DNA from: Perkinsela sp. CCAP 1560/9
Taxonomy: Eukaryota; Protista; Euglenozoa: Kinetoplastea
Assembly (NCBI GenBank): GCA_965644495.1
Contig: CBFFSA010000033.1
Coordinates: forward strand, 29,013 to 93,012
DNA length: 64,000 nt
Direction: 5' to 3'
Positions 32,841-43,873 of the stretch are shown here, piece after piece. A model generated the notes under the pieces. The model was not told where the DNA came from and did no database searches. It saw only the letters and a program-made list of their open reading frames with translations. The first letter of the stretch is position 1. Each line of letters begins with the position of its first letter. A program made the translations under genes and the position numbers.

Positions 32841-35178
32841 ATTTTTTTTTTTTTTTTTTTTTGCGTTTTCCATTAGTTGTTCAGGGGTGAACTTTGCATT
32901 TGACACCGTACAAGTATGTACAACAGTTACGTCATACAATATCTCTCCCTGGTGAAAGCCGAGCTGCGCATTCATGCTTTTTTTTTCCGAAAACGAAAGC
33001 GTTCGTTTATACTAAATTATCTTTTTTTTTTTTTTTTTTTTTGCACACTAATAAAATAACTTGTAAGAGTTTTTTTTTATGTGCCACGAAGGGCCATTAT
33101 GTCAATCATCCTAAATTTCTAAACGTATACTTCTACTCCAGCTAATCTGTAGTTTTTTTTTTGTTTCCTTTATTCTAGATTCATTTCCCAAAATCATATC
33201 CCTAAAGTCGCATCTGCTGCTGTGGTAATTCCATATTTTTTTAGGTGGCTTGATAAAGTCGATCCTGTCAGCTCTTGCATGTATAAACAAAAATCCTGGC
33301 ATATGAATTCGCGGTCTATCTGGCACCTGTCCGCGAGATTGTGTAGCAGATTACGGGTATTCACGTGGAGCAAGCCTCCGGAGAGAACTGGTAAGCACTC
33401 AAACTGTTCAGCAGGGATTTTGTTCGTTTTGACATACGTATCGTTTTTTCTTTTCGCCGCGTCTTTCATTAGTTGCCAGCTCTTTTTCCCTAGATTCGAT
33501 GGAGAAAATTCATGTATGACCGTAAAGTCATAAAATACAGCTCCCGAAACCCAGTGGATTAAAAGATCAGGTCCTGACCGTTGTAGTTTGCGGTTCTTGC
33601 ATCTATGGTGATGCTCTTTTTGTTGTTCGTCGTTCAAGGTTGCTGAGCAACCTAAACAACGGTACGATGCGAATTGTCGTGGTTCTCGTTCACACGGTAT
33701 CCCGGCTTTCAAGCATAGCTCGTATATATACCTAACAAGCGCATTATGCTTTGTTGTCGCGTTGCTTCCTGGGCATGTAGAACATCCTGGAATATGTGTT
33801 AATGCTTTTTTCGAGTCCAGAATTAACCTACAACCGGGACATAAAATACTGTCGGGAAGTTGTTGTAAAGGTAGTCCTAGTCGGGGGCGAATCGCTAAAC
33901 TGAATTGAAGGGATGGCACCAACCTAGCACTAGATTGTAACCATTCGTAGTTGCCTTTCTCACTCGACATTTGTATGATTTTTGCTTTATCCGGATCTTC
34001 CATTAGTTGCTTTCGGACCTTCTGGTGATGCATTTCAGCCTTAGTTTCTGTGTTTACATTAGTAGATCCACGTTCCGCTTGAGCAGTGTTAGAGTTTAAA
34101 TGCTCGAAAGCAGAATTTTTGGATGCAATGTAAGCAGATTCCCTAATAGGCATTGTGGAAGAGAGACCGAGACCGCCTAATTTTAATGGCATTCTCGCCC
34201 AGGAAATTTGTTCTGCCGTCAACTCTCCGAACCATGAGTTCAAAACATTGTCCACCTTCATGTCGAATTCTTTACAGAGTTGTTCTGTCACTTCTGGTTT
34301 ATGTGTCCGCATGTGATACGTCTGGCGGACGTTTACACATTTGGAGAGGATGCGTAATGAAATGTTGTTGATGCCCATCTTTTGCAGTCGGCGGAATATC
34401 GTACTCTTGTTTTGCAGCTTCCGCAGCAGTAGTTCGCTAACCCGATCGCTTTGACCAATGTACGCGCCCAAAAATTTCATCGCCTCGGTTTCCGTTTTCA
34501 CGCCCTCTGCTGCCAGCTCTACTGGAATTGGGTTTTCCGAGATCCCTGTAAACCAAATGCATTTTTGTTTTGCTAGAACTAACCGTTTTTCACCGAGTAG
34601 TGTCTGCAGCCTAAAAAATGCCTTTGAAAGCATTGTAGGATCCCGTGCCGCCATGTTCACATCATCAATGTAGGCAAAGATGCGCACCTCGGGAAATTCT
34701 AAAGCTAAGTTTTCCAATATTGGTTGCATTAAAGTGCAGAAAAACACGGTAGCGAGCGACGAACCTTGTCGAACTCCAGCACAGCTGTTCACAATTCCAT
34801 GAAGCTGGCCATTCGATCCGTAATACAGCAGTTCCGATGGTTCCGCATATTGAGCCGCGAAAAATTTGTAGAATGGGCGCAGTGATTCGTATGAAAACAA
34901 AGCAGACGCAATTTCGTCTCGAGGTGGAGAATTAAAGGCATTTGCAATATCCAATGATAGAATGTTTTGCCCATCTTCATATATTTCTCGCAGCTGGTGA
35001 ACAATTTTCTCACACCCTGATTGCTGCAATACGCCATATTGAAGTGGCGTGAAAAATGTTTCCAGCGTTGTCTCGTAACGTTGCAACAGAACAAGGCCTG
35101 CTAATTTGTCCAGCACTTCGCCCATCGCGACTGGTCGGATATTATCATCTGGCTTAGGGAGTGCCACCAAGCGGGCCC
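32841..35178 (-). mobile_element. 5'-truncated CRE-like element (RT-REL ORF 33194-35178) with poly(A) and 7-bp TSD GGAACAA
   Basis: LDIANAFN, GVRQGSSLA, AYIDDV, SGPDL..YDF; TSD 32834-32840 / 35179-35185. Confidence 0.92.
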
Positions 35179-36001
35179 GGAACAATCGAAACATCAAGCA
35201 AAATCATTCCTCACGTAGCGGGATGTTCACGATGTGCTGGCATGAATTGCACGAGAAAACATTCTCATTTGGTACGCTATATTGCCGAAATGTGTTCCAA
35301 AGCTGGTCTTCCATGTGCGATCGAACCTCGTATTCATGCGTCCTTTTTTTGCACCAAATGCAAGTGCTCAATTTCCCCAGAAGCGGCGGAATACCATCCT
35401 TGCCGAGCGCGTCGAATTAGATCTGGCCCAGACCTAGCGATTATGTGGCCAGATGTTGGAGAAATTTTATACGACGTTACCGTGGTACATACGTGCTGCA
35501 GCAGCTATGCAAAGCAGAGCAGCAATGCCCTGCTGCAGAGTGCGGAAGAGCGGAAGATAGCAAAATATGTCAAAGAAAAAGGTCTTGATCCAGAATGCTT
35601 TCGCTGCATAGCTGTGACAGATTGTGGAGTACTACATGAAGAGACAAAGGTTTTGCTGAAAACATTGGCGAAAAGAAATGATGTTGATTACAAGATTGTA
35701 CGAGAAGCTTTTCAACTTGAACTGGAAAAATATTCAGCCTATGCAGTCGTCTCTCAATTGCGCCAATATATAGAAACCGAGAAATGGGTAGGAGGACTCC
35801 GTCTTTAAACACTCCTCTGAATATTACATTTTCGCTGCTTTTAACATTTCGTTAATAATGTTTCGTTGCTTTCAGCCTTTGGTGATTAATAATGTTTCGT
35901 TGCTTTCAGCCTTTGGTGATTACTGTTTCGCTGCTTGGTTAGGTTTCAGCCTTTGGTACCAAATGTAAAGCTCACGTTTCCGAGGGAGAGATAGAAAAAC
36001 A

Positions 36002-37762
36002 GGGTAGGGGGGACCTTCGATGAGTACTCATCGAAAGTCTACAACTTTCCGTGAGTCTCATCGAGAGTCTACAACTTTCGATGAGTACTCATCGAAGCGT
36101 TTTTGAGCGACCCTAATAGAGATTTTCGAGATTTTTTTATTACTCACCGAAGCGTTTGTGGCAAACAAACTGAAGCGTTTGCATAAAACAAATTCACAAT
36201 CCTTCGGAAGGGGTGGACACAGGTTCCCAGTGCGCTACCCGCGTGCTGGAGCGTGCGGGGCGCCAAAAGATATTATTATGTCCCATGGTCAAAAGAGAAT
36301 CCGAACTCCTAATCGATAATAGAAGCTAAGTCAGACTGCATAATTTACAAAAAGAAAACATATGATCTACTCATAGTCTGATGGCCATCAACGTAACGGA
36401 AACATGATACCTTAAAAGTTTACGAAAAGAATTGTACAATGGAAATTTTGATTTCTGAGAATTATATTTACGTTAGTTGGCCGACGGGCATTGTACGTTT
36501 GTTATTCATAAACTAGTTTATATAGTGACACAAAGCATTATACAGTGAACTGGTAATAGAGCGCGTTTTTATCCTTTGAAACTTTTTGGCGGGTGGTCCC
36601 CGCGTGGACACCCGTTCGAGAAAGGGAGGGAAGGGAGTTCTCTCCAGGAAAAAGTTCATGAGGTATATAAAATAGATTTGATACTTACTTCGCGAAGTTG
36701 ATATTACAGTACTGGTGAAGATAATGTCTTTTACTCTGTTGTCCATGATGGATGTTATATTTCGGTAGCTCTGTAGTTCTACAGATTAAACATTACAGTT
36801 TACATACGCTTACTATATCTGATTGACTATATGTTTTTCTTCCGGAAGTGCAATTCACGTTAAAACCGGCAAAATAGCTGAAGAATCCGTCCTACAAAAA
36901 ACAACAGGGCTACGCTCACAGTTGGGCCTTGCCTCTGGACAATCCTGCGGAAGGGGTAGACGGGTTGGGGGTACGTTCGTTGAGTTCTCAACGAACGGAA
37001 ATTTACGGTGGAAGTCAAGGACTTTTGTGGAACACCCAAGATTTTTTTTTGATTTTCCTTTTCCGTGCGTTCAGTATCCTACACTTCACTACATACGTTG
37101 ACAACGCCTCCGTAGCGAAAACTACGAAATTCAGTGAGCTTCGCAAATTGCTTCCCACTAACGACGCACAGGGGAATCCTACGCGGGGTACGGCTCAGGC
37201 CCGCTCACGCGGGCCCTCGCCGTTTCGCGGCCGCGCGCACCCCCGCTCACGCGGGGGCCCCCGCGCGGCCAAAATGGGTACTAAAATTTGTTATCAAGGT
37301 AGTTGAGCTTCGCAAATTGCTTCCCACGAATCTAGAGAGAAGCACACGTACAATAATCTTTAACGATAAAGATACAGTTTCCGTACCTTGTTGATTATTT
37401 ACTTTTTTTTACCTTTCATGGGAGTGTTCACACGCTCCCAAGCAAAAGAATCAGGAGTAGTCCTGAGATTTTGCCGCTCCCTCCTGCCCGCCGGAAAAAG
37501 AAGGCCGTGATGCCAACTCCTCCTCCGCCCGCCGTGCCAATATCCACCACCTCCGCATGGAGCGCACGGGTCGCCAAAAAATATTATTATGTCCCAGGGC
37601 TACGCTCACAGTTGGCCCTTCGCAAAAAATTGATAAAATACGAAAAATTGAAAAAGTCAAAAACACCTTCGATGAGTACTCATCGAAAGTCTACAACTTT
37701 CCGTGAGACTCATCGAAAGTCTACAACTTACGATGAGTACTCATCGAAGGTCCCCCCTAGCC
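36002..37762. mobile_element. Non-autonomous Merlin/IS1016-like DNA transposon (TIR GGSTAGGGGGGACCTTCGATGAGTACTCATCG, 8-bp TSD GAAAAACA)
   Basis: TSD 35994-36001 / 37763-37770; GG-starting TIRs; no transposase recognised, so the superfamily is inferred from ends only. Confidence 0.8.
37355..37393 (+). other. Full 39-nt spliced-leader-like sequence (one mismatch) inside the DNA transposon
   Basis: AATCTTTAACGATAAAGATACAGTTTCCGTACCTTGTTG followed by a T-rich stretch and ATG at 37418; no GT donor follows. Confidence 0.82.
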
Positions 37763-38582
37763 GAAAAACATCCCTGCCGTGCCCGCAGAATCAGATCAGG
37801 CCCCGATCTAGGAATCATGTGGCCTCACATAGGTGAAGTGCTGTGTGACATTACAGTCGTCCACACCGGAAGCCCAAGTTACCTAAAAATGACAGAAGCA
37901 CAACTGCTGCAAAATGCTATTGAAAGGAAAAAGAAAAAGTATGTTTACTCTGGCGGAATAGAAGATGATTATTTTAAATGCATTCCAATGACTGAGAGTG
38001 GTTTTCTTCATGAACATACACGAAAATTAATAACAGCTTTAGCGAAGAGAGCAAATCTGAATGTGAAAGAAGTAGTAGAGGCCTTTCAACTAGAGATTGA
38101 AAAGCTGAATGCGTACACGATTGTCACGCAATTACGCGACAGCCTACCAAAGGCCGCATGGCTAGGTTCTATCAATTCGTAGACCTACACAACTGAAAGT
38201 TTTGATTGATTGATTGATGTAAGCTTGAAAGAGTAATTTTGGTTCCCTCATAGTCAGATGACGAAGTAAAAAAAAAAAAAAATGTATTTTGCTCGCCTTT
38301 GGTTATTTTTGTTTTGCTGCTTGGTGATTATTGTTCCGCAGCTTTCAGCTCTTGGTTGTTACTGTTTCGCTGCTTTGGGTTATCACCGTTTCGCTGCTTT
38401 GAGTCGTCACTTTTTCGCTGCTTTCAGCATTCGGCTATTACTGTTTTGCTTTTTTGAGTAACATGTGAATAAATAAAGGAACGGAAAACACGTGAAACTA
38501 TTATTTTGAGTATACAGCAACATTGTATACTGCCATTGTATACTATAACAAGACGTTAAAGTCGTAGATGAATGTAAAAAAA

Positions 38583-38774
38583 TTTACTTTTATTAAGACC
38601 TTTACTTTTATTAAGACCTTTACTTTTATTAAGACCTTTACTTTTATTAAGACCTTTACTTTTATTAAGACCTTTACTTTTATTAAGACCTTTACTTTTA
38701 TTAAGACCTTTACTTTTATTAAGACCTTTACTTTTATTAAGACCTTTACTTTTATTAAGACCTTTACTTTTATT
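38583..38774. repeat. 18-bp tandem array (TTTACTTTTATTAAGACC)n, ~10.7 copies, after the A-tail of the family B fragment
   Basis: Same unit as 3926-5472; lies at the 3' junction of the 25491-38778 insertion block. Confidence 0.96.
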
Positions 38775-38778
38775 TTTT

Positions 38779-40932
38779 TGGCGTGTTGTACGCATTCTTA
38801 AAATCGATAGTCAAAATGGTGGCTCCTGCTTCGTGTTCTTCCAACAGCTCGTGGACGATAGATTCACATGCATTTTTCTGTAGGATTCCCCGCTGGATAG
38901 GTTGGAATATTTTTGTTAAAGAACTCGCATGTCGCTCAAGAAGTATACATCCACAAATTTTTAGCAAAGTATCCCCCATGGCAACAGGTCGTATTCCATT
39001 GTTAGGTTTTGCAAGGGCGATGATTCTGCATCGAGTGAGTCTTACACGCACACTGTTAGCAACTTCGCCGTTTATGACGTCGCGCAACATATGACAGAGC
39101 GAGAGGCATGATTCTTCATCTTCAACTAATATCGTCATCATGCTCTCGCTCAATCCTGTTGGACCTGGTGCTGCACCTTTTGACAGTTTCGCTGTAGCAA
39201 AGCGTAGTTCAGATGGTTCCAAAATTGCTATTCGCGGAAACTCTTGATCCATGTTTTGTGGTGCAGGACCTTTCGGATGCAGCTCTCGCAGCTTGTCAAC
39301 CTTCGCGCTGAGTGGAAGAGCAGAGTCTTTGTACACATTGTCAAGAATCCGCGTGGCTTTACCTACGTTTCCTGCCTTCGCTGACCGTAACGAATTCCGA
39401 ATCGATCTCTTGTCTGCATCTGACGCAAAACTCCATTCGCGATACGGAAAAAATAGTGTTTGTTCGCTCCCTATTTTTAGCTTTCCAGGGCTAGGGTCAT
39501 AATTCGGAGAGACACGAGCTCGTTGAAGCCGAGGTTTAGCCCTTTGAAGCTGAGGAGCCAAGTCCGCTCAAAGGTATAACACCCTAGAAGACTTGGTCCG
39601 TTGAAGCTGAGGAGCCAAAAACCGTTGAAGCTGAGACTTGATACTCCCGAATATGGCACTAGTTTCTCCTTCGGGAGACGTGGGGCATTCGGAATGAATC
39701 AGGGCTAACACCCAGTTCGCCGAATAGCGAGGGCTTAGCTCTCCACGTGCCCGGGGAAGGAAGTCCTAGGATCTGCGGAGGCAGCAAATCGCTCACCGAT
39801 TTGCATACCCTATTCGAAACTCGCAAGAGTTTCGATGATCCAGCGACCAGGCTCCTTCCCCCAAGTTCCCCTGCTTTCTCAGGGGAGGCGACATCCTTGT
39901 ACTAGGGTAACCGCCTGTAATCACTATCACTATCACTATCACTTGTCTGCATCTAATTCCCTGCGTTCTTCCTCGCTCATATTTTCATTTAAGGTTTCCC
40001 ATTCGCGTCTTCCACGTTTCACCGAACTCTGGCGTCGCAGATATGTTTCCCGAATCGTCGCTAAGGAATCTCGAGGGGTATCTAGAAGCTTGTGCCAGAC
40101 GCTGGTTTTTTCTGTTTCTGTTTTGGCTTTCGGGTATGCTTTGATAATGGATCGAAAAATCGCGACAACGTGAACGGCGAAGGTTGGGTCAATTTCAGCC
40201 ATCTTCGGTAGCGGTTCCAAGTCAGACGTTTGTTCCTCATTGTCGCGCTCCATCTTGCTTTCAGAATTTTGAGAGCTTTCCATTGACACATCAATACTTT
40301 TTATCCTGTTTAAACTGCACGCTTGAATAGACCAAATTTTCACTTTTGCCGAAGGTGGAAGATAGATGAAACCTGTTGGTCCGTTATCTCCTTCGCGTGG
40401 TTTATATGCCACTTTGAGTTTCACCATCCCTTTTCTCACAGTCCTCTTCACAACTTCTCCTTTCGAGTCGTATTTCTGTTCTTGCTTGAAAGCCCATCGC
40501 AGTTCGCACGTCGTTCCTTTGCCCCACTCGTGGATAATAGTATTGATGCGATCTGGAGCCTTAGGAAACTCTTCCTCGTCTCTGCGATCCACTTTCCCAT
40601 CCAACGACATCACGTCAGAATTCTCATCTGAACTGTTCTCTGAAGTGCATTCGGAATTTTCAGAATTACTTCCTCGATCAGAATCTCCCTCGGACAGATA
40701 AGTGCTTTGTGAGTTCGATGGCGAATCTGCGAATTTTATCCTAGTTCGACGGTAGGTGCTGTACACTTCGTGGTCTGCCCAATTCGGTGATAATTCTTTA
40801 GCGTTCATAACCACTCTCACCCTGGGGATTTTCTTCGGTTTGTCTAGGTTTCTTCCCCTCACTTGTGCGGCGTTTTCGGTGTTCATACTTCTAATCGTTT
40901 AACGAAAAAAATGGTCAACAAGGTACAGAAAC
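38779..40932 (-). mobile_element. 5' part of CRE-like element A' with partial SL (40916-40932), ATG 40886, split by a SINE-like insert
   Basis: ELDADK/RSIRN joins across the TSD; close homologue of 25530-27012. Confidence 0.9.
39422..39941 (+). mobile_element. Second SINE-like non-coding retroposon with (TCACTA)n tail and 13-bp TSD CTTGTCTGCATCT
   Basis: TSD 39409-39421 / 39942-39954; hexamer tail ~39921-39943; internal TTGAAGCTGAGGAGCCAA repeats. Confidence 0.82.
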
Positions 40933-40972
40933 ATCGCCTTGGAGCGGGTGACCACTCCCATAGAAATGTAGA

Positions 40973-42781
40973 CATGCTGAACATTTCAAACGTGCCGATG
41001 AGGACACGTTGAATTGGCTAACCCATATAATAGCACAATGCTGGAAACAAAAATGTATCCCGTCAAGCTGGCTACACGCCTATGTGCTTTGCCTGTACAA
41101 GGGGCCCGGAGCAGGACAAGTGACCGACACGAATGCGTATAGACCTATTACACTGATGAACATAGCATGCAAAGTCTTGGCCAACATAATTTTAATGCGC
41201 GTCGCACCTCGAATAGATCGAAGACTTCTTGAATTCCAATGTGGCTTTAGGAAAAACCGGAGTATTGAAGATGCGGTGTTTTCCATACGACGCATGACGG
41301 AGACAATGCGTAGTAAACGTAAACCCATATACATTCTTTATGTGGATCTTTCGAAAGCCTATGATACAATCCCCAGGGAAGCATTGTGGGAAGTACTGGA
41401 CAAAATGGAAATTACGGGCACGCTTTGTGAAATGATCAAACTAATGTACGCAGGAAATACAGCACAAGTGAAACTCTTCGATGGAACTGAAAGCCACCCT
41501 TTCAACTTATTAAATGGTATCAAACAAGGGTGCTCACTAAGTTGTTCCTTGTTCAATGGCGTAATAGACACTATAATCAGAGCAACACTAGAAGAGACAT
41601 GCCCTGGAGTAACAATCTCATGGCGGATCCCGAAGGGAAGAAAACACCGAGGAGACATTACAGAAGGCAAAGACAAATTAGGCACTTGCCTCTATGCAGA
41701 TGATATAGTGCAGTGGAGCGAAGACGCAACAGAAATTCAGCGCGCCGCTGAAGTACTCGCTGAGACACTTAATACATGGGGTATGCGCATAAACGCAAAG
41801 AAAACAAAGTTCCAAGTTATACAACCAAAGAATCACCCTCAGCGCTGTAGTGCGGAAATCTATATAAACGGTTCAAAAATAGAGCAAGTAAAGGAATATA
41901 AATATTTGGGAACGATTATCGAAGAAGCAACCAAAATGGATGCTGAAATTGAACACCGAATACACTCTGCTCAAACAAAATTTCGAACGATGTTTCCGAT
42001 ATGGAAAAACCACTCACTCTCTCGGAACCTAAAAGCTCGCATGTTTGAATCTTGCATTGTCCCACGGCTTACGCACGGATGCGCAACATGGGCTTTAAAC
42101 AACAAACATTTTCACACTCTCAACAAATCTTATATGCAAATGATAAGACATGCGCTAGGAATCCCCTGGTTCAAATGGAAACGAGAACAAGGGGCCGGCG
42201 CCCAACCAGGAAAAATCTATACTTACGAAGAAATACTTTCCATTTCAGGGCTAGAAAGTTTGCAAATAAAAATTGACTCTAGAGTACTTCAACTAGCAGG
42301 ACACATCGCCCGCATGAGTCCAGATAGAATGCCTAACAAAATTCTATTTGATGTTGAACGGCTGAGAAACCCAAGCCAATATGAGAAAACCTTGCGACAT
42401 GCATTGGAGAGAATCGACATGAAGGAGATAACATGGAAACAAGAAGCCCAGAGTAAGAAGAATTGGAATCAAAAAATAAAAATGCATAAGGAAACCTCAA
42501 AACTAAAACGGCGTCGAATAAGAAAACCTAAAGTTTAGAAACATACAAACTAATACCAAATCAGGGCCACCTGGTACCAATATAACGAGGTACTACAAAA
42601 CTAGGGTGAATTCCTGATATATTTCAATATTGGAAACTTAACTCCTCTCCAAGCGGAGGTCAGCCATAGCTTGCTACGGCTGGCTCTCCGGATACGTCGC
42701 AAGACGTATTCGGACTGCCCGTTTGGGGAGTTGAGGGGCCATAACTTTTCGGAGTCAAAAGGCCCAAATCATCATCATCAT
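40973..42781 (+). mobile_element. 5'-truncated RTE-like LINE with (CAT)n tail and 14-bp TSD CATAGAAATGTAGA
   Basis: TSD 40959-40972 / 42782-42795. Confidence 0.9.
41009..42538 (+). CDS. RTE-like reverse transcriptase (N-terminally truncated, no endonuclease in this copy)
   Basis: YRPITL, QCGFR, VDLSKAYD, GIKQGC, LYADD, YKYLG and the RTE-type tail AGHIARM...RMP. Confidence 0.85.
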   Translation: MNWLTHIIAQCWKQKCIPSSWLHAYVLCLYKGPGAGQVTDTNAYRPITLMNIACKVLANIILMRVAPRIDRRLLEFQCGFRKNRSIEDAVFSIRRMTETMRSKRKPIYILYVDLSKAYDTIPREALWEVLDKMEITGTLCEMIKLMYAGNTAQVKLFDGTESHPFNLLNGIKQGCSLSCSLFNGVIDTIIRATLEETCPGVTISWRIPKGRKHRGDITEGKDKLGTCLYADDIVQWSEDATEIQRAAEVLAETLNTWGMRINAKKTKFQVIQPKNHPQRCSAEIYINGSKIEQVKEYKYLGTIIEEATKMDAEIEHRIHSAQTKFRTMFPIWKNHSLSRNLKARMFESCIVPRLTHGCATWALNNKHFHTLNKSYMQMIRHALGIPWFKWKREQGAGAQPGKIYTYEEILSISGLESLQIKIDSRVLQLAGHIARMSPDRMPNKILFDVERLRNPSQYEKTLRHALERIDMKEITWKQEAQSKKNWNQKIKMHKETSKLKRRRIRKPKV

Positions 42782-42815
42782 CATAGAAATGTAGAAAGTA
42801 AGGTAATAATTCAAC

Positions 42816-43873
42816 AGTTGCAGAATAGAATGATATCAACATTCGTTTTGTCGACCTATAATATAAACTACCTAAATCAAAACTATACGATAGGGCATCG
42901 CGCCTGGCCGGCGCGGGGGCCGGTGGGTGGGCGCAAAAATTATCGAAGTAAAGTGAAGAAAATATTGTCCTAAGAATCTTCTTCTAAGAAATATTATATG
43001 AAATAACGAAACAAAAGTACATTACACGTAAACTTTATGCGTAAAAGTGCAGTATATGCTAAAGATGTATTCAAGATTGCACTGGTTGGTGCGTGCATGA
43101 AACACGTTAACCACTGCACACTTCCTAAAATTCTTTTCGTAAACTCTTAGAATTTCATTTTGTGTGAATATCGTACTTTGTAGAGATCCTATATAAAGTA
43201 TACGCCCATTCAGGGTAAGGTTTACAATAACTATCAAAACATATAGTTGCAGAATAGAATGATATCAACATTCGTTTTGTCGACCTATAATATAAACTAC
43301 CTAAATCAAAACTATACGATAGGGCATCGCGCCTGGCCGGCGCCACCACCCTCTCGCTACTAACTTTCCACCCCTTTCGCGTTATCAGGGTCTGCCTCGG
43401 CATAACGAAGTCGGCTGATTTTGTCCGCAGGGTTACTTTTCGTGCTCACGTACCGCGCATCTACGGCAATTCCTTGCTTTTTAATTACATTCAAAACCTT
43501 TTCAAGTTCGTCAGAAACGCCGGAAGATTTCGATATTTTCCTATTAAATTATCGAAGTAAAGCAAAAATTATCGAAGTAAAGTGAAGAAAATATTGTCCT
43601 AAGAATCTTCTTCTAAGAAATATTATATGAAATAACGAAACAAAAGTACATTACACGTAAACTTTATGCGTAAAAGTGCAGTATACGCTAAAGATGTATT
43701 CAAGATTGCACTGGTTGGTGCGTGCATGAAACACGTTAACCACTGCACACTTCCTAAAATTCTTTTCGTAAACTCTTAGAATTTCATTTTGTGTGAATAT
43801 CGTACTTTGTAGAGATCCTATATAAAGTATACGCCCATTCAGGGTAAGGTTTACAATAACTATCAAAACATAT
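42816..43873 (-). mobile_element. Non-coding mini YR retroelement with split direct repeats: A1 43562-43873, body 43344-43561, B1 43245-43343, A2 42933-43244, spacer, B2 42816-42914
   Basis: Same A1..B1-A2-B2 layout as 9791-15009, with a similar spacer (GGGGGCCGGTGGGTGGG vs GGGGGTTTGGTGGGTGG). Confidence 0.75.

Larger units (their letters stand above)
25491..35955 (+). mobile_element. Full-length CRE-like element A with partial SL at its 5' end, split by three nested insertions (pieces 25491-27012, 31016-32080, 32629-32840, 35179-35955)
   Basis: GTTTCTGTACCTTGTTG at 25491-25507, ATG 25530; pieces join across TSDs (IFQ/PIQRG; MKNE/HEK; CPGCGT/IETSSK); stop at 35808. Confidence 0.92.
35956..38582 (+). 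mobile_element. 5'-truncated family B CRE fragment (35956-36001 + 37763-38182 REL, 3' UTR, short A-tail), split by the DNA transposon
   Basis: TKCKAHVSEGEIEK/HPCRARRIRSGPDLG joins in frame; close match to 657-970. Confidence 0.87.

Noticed and set aside
36014-36097. CRISPR-like palindromic repeats
   Set aside because: Spacers are identical and short, eukaryotic context, no cas genes; these are transposon subterminal repeats.
36005-37759. TA-TSD (Tc1/mariner-like) reading of the DNA transposon ends
   Set aside because: The TIR extends beyond the TA, and only the 8-bp GAAAAACA TSD restores the host reading frame.
14772-40932. SL matches as SL RNA genes
   Set aside because: None is followed by a GT donor and SL intron; each is followed by a short UTR and ATG.
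42933-43561. 629-bp unit as an SL RNA or 5S gene repeat targeted site-specifically by CRE
   Set aside because: No SL or recognisable 5S sequence; identical truncation points show a single amplified insertion.
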